DNA of 64,000 nucleotides from Desulfatiglandales bacterium (GTDB taxonomy: Bacteria; Desulfobacterota; DSM-4660; Desulfatiglandales; HGW-15). Positions 57,849 through 64,000 of the stretch are shown in pieces (position 1 is the stretch's first letter; every line of letters starts with the position of its first letter). Below the pieces are notes generated by a model. It was not told the origin of the DNA. It was given only the letters and a program-made list of their open reading frames with translations, and did no database searches. The translations under genes were made by a program, and so were the position numbers. Location: NCBI GenBank assembly GCA_049366815.1, contig JBMNCO010000132.1, positions 8,891-72,890 of the forward strand, in the 5' to 3' direction.

Positions 57849-58522
57849 ATGGACAAGGTCTTGGAAAACCAATTGAAAGGACGGATCAAACCCCTTTTCC
57901 GGCAGGGCAGAGGGGGTGACTGGGAACATACCCTCCGAGCGGTGGAGTATGGAAAGACGCTCTTGTGTCACGAGGCGGGCGAAAGTGAAGTGGTCATCCC
58001 AGCCCTGTATCTCCACGACATCGGGTGGAGTAAAGTGGACTTCCAGGATTTCACACAGACCCCTCCGGCGCGGAAAAACCGCACAATGAGCCTCTCTCTC
58101 CACATGGAGTATGGTGCCCGACTTGCAGAGGAATTTTGCGGGACCTTGATTACGACATTCCATTGATTGGGCGAATTGCCTCGATCATTGCCACACATGA
58201 CGAAGCTGAAAAGGCCTTTTCCAGGAACGATCCTTCAACGACCCTCGTCGTTGAAGCCGACCGTCTTGATCGCTACGGTCCTGAGAGTCTCAGGCGTTTT
58301 TCCGCTATGAACAGTAAGAGCAATTCGACTTTAAAGAGGCGGCACCGGGAGGAAGCCTTTTCATATCTCAGGGAAGGGCTCGACCGGTGGTTCCGGACCA
58401 CAACGGCCCGGATCATGGCCCTGCATCTTGCCAAGAGCACCGGATTGATTTCAGATTCAACCGATATTTTTAAAAAAAGGACCGTTCCTGACTTGAATAA
58501 AAAGGGCTCCTGCGCTCCTTAA
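57849..58522 (+). pseudogene. HD-domain phosphohydrolase interrupted by a 1-nt frameshift
   Basis: ORF 57849..58166 (..ALYLHDIGW..HMEYGARLAEE) and ORF 58136..58522 (LRDLDYDIPLIGRIASIIATHDE..ADRLD) are two halves of one HD protein in different frames. The frames meet at GAGGAATTTTGCGGG (about 58128-58140). One extra base there would restore ..AEEILRDLDYD.. Confidence 0.7.
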
Positions 58523-58691
58523 GGACTGACCTTCGGCGTCTGCACCGAAAACCCCACTTCGATATGAACTAATCGCAGGGCCATGTCGTCCGTCAGGTGG
58601 GGGGATCAGACTGCACATTTTTGAGGGAGGGGATAAGTCGAGGTCTTGCTTCAGGATCGCAACCCATTGGAGCGCAACTTTTTCACTCCGG

Positions 58692-59003
58692 CTAAGACTT
58701 CTTCCTGAAAAGCGCCTCCAGAGCCTCCTTTGCGTCTCTGGTCCTGTTGAATCTACTGCTCTTACCACCACCCTTTGAGCCCCTTATCTGGAAAAAATCG
58801 CAAAAATTGGCTCTCTCCTTTTCAACAATACGCTCGGCGGAAACCTCCCTGCACTCGTTGTAGGCATTTTGATCATAGAACCTGCATTGTTTGCAGCATC
58901 GTAGGTCTCGATGGCAGTGTGGGCACGTGTCTTTTCTGCCCACTTTCCCCTCAATCTTCAAGACGCCGTGACAAAATGCACAATTCATATTCCTACTCCT
59001 CAT
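58692..59003 (-). CDS. Small cysteine-rich (multi-CxxC) zinc-ribbon-like protein
   Basis: Contains CAFCHG..CPHCH..CCKQC..C..C followed by a basic C-terminal tail. The start is either ATG 59003 or ATG 58988 (MNCAFCHG). Divergent from archease-rtcB. Confidence 0.55.
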   Translation of the reverse strand: MRSRNMNCAFCHGVLKIEGKVGRKDTCPHCHRDLRCCKQCRFYDQNAYNECREVSAERIVEKERANFCDFFQIRGSKGGGKSSRFNRTRDAKEALEALFRKKS

Positions 59004-59145
59004 CGGAAAACGTTTCTTAGTATAGCTTGGTATAGATGGATAATGCAGTTATACGTCCAAATCCAAACTGCGTTTCTCCACTCGCTCAATGCTTTTTTTG
59101 ACAACCTCTCTGCGCGGGGCTAAAATGAAAATCTGAAAGGCGATA

Positions 59146-59571
59146 ATGCGTACCCCCAAATACTACAAGATTCTGGACCACACAGCAGATCTTGCTATCA
59201 GGATTTTCGGCAAGGATCTGGTCGGCCTCTATGAAAACGCAGGGAACTCCCTGGTGCATCTCATGCTTTCAGGCAAATTCCCAGGCCGGGGCACACCCCT
59301 GCAAATCTCACTCTCAGCTCAGGATTTGCCCGATCTCATGGTCCGCTGGCTCAATGAAATACTCTATCTGATTGAAGGTGAAAGACTTGTTGTGACCGAT
59401 CTGAAAGTCCGCTCCGTCACGCCCCGTCAAATTGAAGCAACGGTCAATACAGTGCCTTTCGATCCGGAAATTCATGAAGGACTCACCGAGATAAAAGCCG
59501 TTACCTATCATCAAATCGAAGTGGCGGAAAAAGGCAATCATTGGGAAGCCAGGGTCATCATGGACGTTTAA
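59146..59571 (+). CDS. Archease (RtcB activator)
   Basis: Has the N-terminal ILDHTADLAIRIFG motif and is ~140 aa long. It lies directly upstream of rtcB. Confidence 0.85.
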   Translation: MRTPKYYKILDHTADLAIRIFGKDLVGLYENAGNSLVHLMLSGKFPGRGTPLQISLSAQDLPDLMVRWLNEILYLIEGERLVVTDLKVRSVTPRQIEATVNTVPFDPEIHEGLTEIKAVTYHQIEVAEKGNHWEARVIMDV

Positions 59572-59580
59572 GGACAAAGA

Positions 59581-61020
59581 ATGACGATTAAACTGCAAAA
59601 ATTGGATGACTACCGTTGGCTTATTCCCAGGACCGGGAACATGCGCGTTCCAGGTCTCGTCTTTACAAATGAAAATCTCACGAAGAGCATCGAGCAGGAT
59701 CAAAGCCTCCAGCAGGTGGTGAACGTCGCGACCCTGCCTGGAATTCGTCGGTACTCTCTTGCCATGCCTGACATCCATTGGGGATATGGTTTTCCAATCG
59801 GGGGAGTTGCAGCCTTCGATATGGAAGAAGGCATTATCTCCCCGGGAGGTGTCGGCTATGACATCAACTGCGGTTGCCGCCTCATGACGACCCAGCTCAT
59901 GGCCAGCGAGATCCGGCCCTATCTCAAAACACTGGTTTCCGCCCTTTTTACCACGATTCCAACGGGCGTGGGTTCACGCGGGGGAATCCATCTCTCGGCG
60001 AAAGAAGAGGCCAAAGTGGCCGTTGAGGGCGCTGCCTGGGCTGTAAGACGGGGATTAGGTCTCCTCGAAGACCTCGAGAGGACTGAGGATCACGGCGCGA
60101 TGGCGGGCGCGGATCCCTCCGTCCTGAGCGAAAGGGCCATCAAAAGGGGGCTCGATCAGCTGGGGACTCTGGGTTCGGGCAACCATTTCCTCGAAGTTCA
60201 AGTGGTTGAAAAGGTCTATGACCAGGAATTGGCCCGGGTCTTTCATTTATTTGAAGGTCAGGTCAGCGTTTTTCTCCACTCCGGCTCCCGAGGATTCGGG
60301 CATCAGATATGCGACGATTTTCTCAGGGAAATGGGCAGCAAGCTTTCCATCAAACTCCCGGAGCTGCCCGACAGGCAGCTCGCCTGTGCCCCTATTGCTT
60401 CGGAGCTCGGGCGTCGCTATTTGGCCGCTATGGCCTGTGCCGCCAATTATGCCTGGGCCAACCGACAGATCCTCATGCATTTAACCAGGGAAACCTTCCA
60501 AAGCGTATTTTCTCTCGCGCCGAAGGAACTTGACATGAAACTCCTCTATGACGTCTGCCACAACATCGCCAAGATCGAGCGACATCGCGTGGAAGGCGGG
60601 GAGACAAGACTTTGCGTACACCGAAAAGGTGCAACCCGTTCCTTACCGCCCGGACACCCCCATGTGCCGGAAATATATCGAACCGCAGGACAACCTGTCC
60701 TCATTCCTGGTGATATGGGCACCTATTCCTATGTTCTTGCAGGGTCCCAAGGGGCCATGGACAAAAGCTTTGGATCCAGTTGTCACGGCGCGGGCCGTCT
60801 ATTGAGCCGTTCAAAAGCTATCAAGGTGGCCAAGGGACGGTCAATAAATCGGGAGCTGGAAGACAAAGGCATCTTTGTACAATCCAAGGGCAAAACAACT
60901 TTAAAGGAAGAAATCCCTGAGGCCTATAAGGACGTATCCCAAATCGTTGAAGTAGTCCACCAGGCTGGTCTCGCCAGGAAGGTGGCACGTCTCAGGCCGA
61001 TGGGCGTAATCAAGGGATAG
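59581..61020 (+). CDS. rtcB: RNA 3'-phosphate/5'-OH ligase RtcB
   Basis: MPDIHWGYGFPIGGV, GGVGYDINCG, GSGNHFLE and the C-terminal SCHGAGR (nucleophilic His) motifs. Confidence 0.95.
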   Translation: MTIKLQKLDDYRWLIPRTGNMRVPGLVFTNENLTKSIEQDQSLQQVVNVATLPGIRRYSLAMPDIHWGYGFPIGGVAAFDMEEGIISPGGVGYDINCGCRLMTTQLMASEIRPYLKTLVSALFTTIPTGVGSRGGIHLSAKEEAKVAVEGAAWAVRRGLGLLEDLERTEDHGAMAGADPSVLSERAIKRGLDQLGTLGSGNHFLEVQVVEKVYDQELARVFHLFEGQVSVFLHSGSRGFGHQICDDFLREMGSKLSIKLPELPDRQLACAPIASELGRRYLAAMACAANYAWANRQILMHLTRETFQSVFSLAPKELDMKLLYDVCHNIAKIERHRVEGGETRLCVHRKGATRSLPPGHPHVPEIYRTAGQPVLIPGDMGTYSYVLAGSQGAMDKSFGSSCHGAGRLLSRSKAIKVAKGRSINRELEDKGIFVQSKGKTTLKEEIPEAYKDVSQIVEVVHQAGLARKVARLRPMGVIKG

Positions 61021-61133
61021 GATGCTCCGCCTTGATGGCATAACAATGAGCTTTCTGCTGCAAAACCGTATTACGCCCGGCATGGCTTCATAAGGCCTAT
61101 TTATCAGCATGTTTTACGCCGGTCAATATAAAA

Positions 61134-62024
61134 ATGGAGATCATATTGGAAACTTTTCTCAACAACGAAGTTGGTTCACTGGTCATGGCTGCTGGCAAGG
61201 GAAGCCGCATGAAAGGCTTCGAAGGGAATAAGACGCTGCTTCCGCTTGTTCCCGGTCCCACTCCCTTTGAGGGAGAACGCCCCATATTGCTCCACATCCT
61301 TTGCAATCTACCACCGGGTCCCAAGGCCCTGGTCGTGAATCACCGAAAACAGGACGTTATAGAGAGCACGCGGGATATGGAAATGCTTTATTACGAACAA
61401 CCCGTTCTCAACGGAACCGGTGGCGCGTTGCTCGCTGCAAGGGCCTTTATTGAGTCTGAACCCATTGACCAAATCATCATTACCATGGGGGATGTACCTT
61501 TTGTTCTCAATATCACCTATATGAATCTTATCAACAGGTTAAAAGACTACGCTCTGGTCGTTCTTGGGTTCCGTCCCAGAGACAAAAAACAGTACGGTGC
61601 CTTGGAGCTCGAAGGAGATCTCGTAAAAAAGATCGTTGAATGGAAATATTGGAGCGCCTTCCCTGAAGAGGAACAGGCTCAGCTCGGTATCTGCAATTCG
61701 GGCATCTATGCCGCCCGGAGAAAAGAACTCACACGATACCTTGGCAGGCTTGAAAACATGCCGCACCGGATCAAAAAGGAACGGGATGGGCGGACGGTGG
61801 AAATTGAGGAGTTCTTTATCACGGATCTGGTGGAACTGATGCGGACGGATGGATTGAAGGTCGGCTATGTGGTGGCTGAAAACGAAAAAGAGGTCATGGG
61901 GTTGGACGATCTCCATTCCCTCCGGGCGGCCCAGGAATATTTCAAGGAATTAGAGAATCCAGGCACGGAGGAACCGGTATGCCGGGCAAAAATAAACGGC
62001 CTGTCGGGTGTCGTTCCGTTGTAA
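61134..62024 (+). CDS. Nucleotidyltransferase (GlmU N-terminal/NTP_transferase-like)
   Basis: LVMAAGKGSRMK..NKTLLPL signature and NGTGGAL. The substrate is unknown. Confidence 0.7.
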   Translation: MEIILETFLNNEVGSLVMAAGKGSRMKGFEGNKTLLPLVPGPTPFEGERPILLHILCNLPPGPKALVVNHRKQDVIESTRDMEMLYYEQPVLNGTGGALLAARAFIESEPIDQIIITMGDVPFVLNITYMNLINRLKDYALVVLGFRPRDKKQYGALELEGDLVKKIVEWKYWSAFPEEEQAQLGICNSGIYAARRKELTRYLGRLENMPHRIKKERDGRTVEIEEFFITDLVELMRTDGLKVGYVVAENEKEVMGLDDLHSLRAAQEYFKELENPGTEEPVCRAKINGLSGVVPL

Positions 62025-62145
62025 TTCTTCTTAACCACAAGAATTCTCCGTTCGCCCTGCACCTGCAATCTGATGTGTATTTTCAGGAATGGCCCTATTG
62101 CTTCAAAACCGAGAAAATCGTGCCACATATTGAGATGCTTTGTTC

Positions 62146-62175
62146 TTGACACACAACATCTTTTGCTCTTATAGT
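62146..62175 (+). promoter_or_regulatory. Candidate sigma-70 promoter upstream of the acyl-CoA ligase gene
   Basis: TTGACA (62146-51), an 18-nt spacer, then TATAGT (62170-75). This would give a leader of about 300 nt before ATG 62477. Motif match only. Confidence 0.35.
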
Positions 62176-62476
62176 CCCCCAAACGAACAGCATTCACGGA
62201 AGTGTCGCACCTGATTGCCTTGTGTTTCCGGGGTACGGGTGAACTTGAATATCGGATATCCGGACCTCCTGGTTAGGTGCAAAGTCTACGCTCCGCTTTT
62301 TGTATGTTTGAGTTCCGGCCCCAAGCCCTTTTGGTTCTATCCCCTCACCCCGCAGCAAAAAGAGGCATCCCGACTGGACAATACACCGCATGACTTCAAA
62401 GCTCACCAGTCGTGTCCGCTCATGCAAAATGCCGATGGGCCAATGCTGCTCCCTTTCATAGGATGGGGTCTGACCA

Positions 62477-64000
62477 ATGAATACAAGATCTCTGGGTGAA
62501 CGCATATGGTATAGAATGTGGCCGGTTCAAGTGCCGAAATGCCTTGACTATCCCAAGTGTTCCCTGGCCGATTTCCTTAGGGATACAGCATCCAGACATG
62601 CCTCAAGACCTGCCGTTGTCTTCCTTGACACCATCATAACCTATCGCCAGCTCTTGGAATTGGTGCAAAGGCTGGCCTCAGCACTGCACGCTCTCGGCCT
62701 GCGTAAGGGCGATACCTGCGCCCTCATGCTGCCCAATTCCATCCAGTACGTTGTGAGTTATTATGCGTGTCAGTTTTTGGGCGTAACCGTGACAGCGGTC
62801 AATCCGACCTACAAGGCCCTTGAAATTCAACATCAGCTCAAGGATTCCGGAACCAGAGCACTGATCGTCTTGGATGCCGTGTTCGAGGAGGCCGAAAAGG
62901 CCCTTTCAGGAACAGAGGTCAAACACATTATCGGAACGAATATCATCGATTTGTGCGGCTTTTCCTCCTTCAAACGTATCATGGGACGGTTACTGAAAAA
63001 GATACCATCAGGCAAATTGCCTAAATACGCCGTCAGGCTTGCGGACCTCATCAAGGCCGAACCCCAACCTCCCGGCGTGGAAATCGACCCGGAGAATGAC
63101 ACGGCGGTCCTGCAATACACCGGCGGCACAACGGGCCTGCCCAAAGGTGCCATGTTGACCCATCGCAATGTGGTGGCCAACGCCGCCCAGTGTGAGGCCA
63201 TCCTTTGGCAACAAAAGCCCGGAATGTGTTTCATCGGGGTGCTGCCCCTGTTCCATTCCTACGCCATGACCGTTGTGATGAATACGGCAATCCGGATTGG
63301 GGGCTTTCAACTCCTTTTTCCCAGGCCTCCGGCCGATTTGGCCGATCTGTTTAGCGCTATCCAAAAATACAGCCCGGACGAAGGGTCCATCATGCCCGGG
63401 GTCGCCCTACTGTTCGACAAGATCAACAACCATCCAAGGGTGGGAGAATACGACCTGTCTTCTCTCATGATGGGCGTATCAGGGGCCGGTCCCCTACCCC
63501 TCCAGGTCCAGGACAAATTCGAGGAATTGACCGGGTCCATTATCATCGAGGGGTATGGGCTGTCGGAGGCCACACCGGTGACCCATGCCAATCCCCTGGA
63601 CAAAGACCTGCGCAAGGTGGGGACGATAGGTCTTCCCCTGCCTGATACGGACATGAGGATCGTAGATCAGGAGACCGGGACCAAGGTCCTTTCCCCCATG
63701 CCCTTTTCTTTGGCCAAAACCGGCGGGCTCACGCCCGAACAGGCCCTTGAAGCCGATGCCTATACCGGAGAACTCGTGGTCAAGGGACCACAGGTCATGA
63801 AGGGGTACATGAACCGCCCACAAGAAACCGTCTCGGCGATTCGTGATGGTTGGCTCCACACGGGAGACATCGCATGTATCGATGCTGACGGCTTCACGAC
63901 GATTCGTGATCGGGCCAAGGATATGATCAAATGCAAGGGATACGCCGTCTTTCCCGCCGAGGTGGAGGATCTCCTTCACCATCATCCGGACATCCAGAGT
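62477..64000 (+). CDS. AMP-dependent acyl-CoA synthetase/ligase (FadD-like), 3' end outside window
   Basis: Not in the ORF track, because no stop codon occurs before the window ends. My own translation of frame 2 from ATG 62477 gives MNTRSLGERIWYRMWPVQVPKCLDYPKCSLADFLRDTASRH..LQYTGGTTGLPKGAMLTHRN..GYGLSEATP..WLHTGDI..DRAKDMIKCKGYAVFPAEVE. This contains the complete AMP-binding motif set. Confidence 0.85.
   Translation, partial: MNTRSLGERIWYRMWPVQVPKCLDYPKCSLADFLRDTASRHASRPAVVFLDTIITYRQLLELVQRLASALHALGLRKGDTCALMLPNSIQYVVSYYACQFLGVTVTAVNPTYKALEIQHQLKDSGTRALIVLDAVFEEAEKALSGTEVKHIIGTNIIDLCGFSSFKRIMGRLLKKIPSGKLPKYAVRLADLIKAEPQPPGVEIDPENDTAVLQYTGGTTGLPKGAMLTHRNVVANAAQCEAILWQQKPGMCFIGVLPLFHSYAMTVVMNTAIRIGGFQLLFPRPPADLADLFSAIQKYSPDEGSIMPGVALLFDKINNHPRVGEYDLSSLMMGVSGAGPLPLQVQDKFEELTGSIIIEGYGLSEATPVTHANPLDKDLRKVGTIGLPLPDTDMRIVDQETGTKVLSPMPFSLAKTGGLTPEQALEADAYTGELVVKGPQVMKGYMNRPQETVSAIRDGWLHTGDIACIDADGFTTIRDRAKDMIKCKGYAVFPAEVEDLLHHHPDIQS

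Noticed and set aside
62194-62505. ORFs 62194..62505 (minus strand) and 62215..62499 (plus strand) in the leader of the acyl-CoA ligase gene
   Set aside because: They overlap each other almost completely on opposite strands. Neither has an RBS or recognisable motifs, and the plus-strand ORF ends inside the start region of the real ligase gene.

Overview
The window looks like chromosomal DNA from a GC-rich, strictly anaerobic bacterium. The gene content resembles Desulfobacterota or Syntrophia-type aromatic degraders, but the organism cannot be named without a database search. Coding density is high, and most long antisense ORFs in the track are GC artefacts.

Housekeeping and metabolic genes:
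- A korABC-type 2-oxoacid:ferredoxin oxidoreductase, cut off at the left edge.
- A GAF/sigma-54 activator.
- A GldA/F/G-like ABC module.
- slp and mscL.
- A HIT gene sitting in an AT-rich islet.
- A thiolase and a ketopantoate-reductase-like gene.
- A 1766-aa tandem-duplicated UvrA-like protein.
- A His6-type hisA, a radical SAM gene, sucCD, tatA, ssb, rnj, ftsK and lolA.
- An archease-rtcB RNA-repair pair.
- A 3'-truncated acyl-CoA ligase that the ORF track misses.

Two blocks stand out:
1. 11.2-16.3 kb encodes a xanthine-dehydrogenase-family Mo enzyme. Its FAD subunit (789 aa) has a complete GltD/NfnB-like FeS-flavin NAD(P)H module inserted into it.
2. 37.7-57.2 kb is an anaerobic aromatic-activation island.
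   - It carries two diverged phenylphosphate-synthase-like alpha/beta pairs. Each pair is followed by a different non-canonical third gene: a stand-alone receiver domain, or a UPF0261/Tm-1-like ATP-binding protein.
   - An unassigned Trp-rich polytopic membrane protein lies between the two pairs.
   - A carboxylase cluster follows, with three UbiD paralogs, two tandem KdsC/HAD delta-like genes, a 90-aa gamma-like gene and UbiX.
   - Two paralogous LysR regulators bracket the carboxylase cluster.

Three families of structured intergenic repeats are scattered through the window. One family contains a nested insertion. No tRNA, rRNA, CRISPR array, transposase or integrase was seen.
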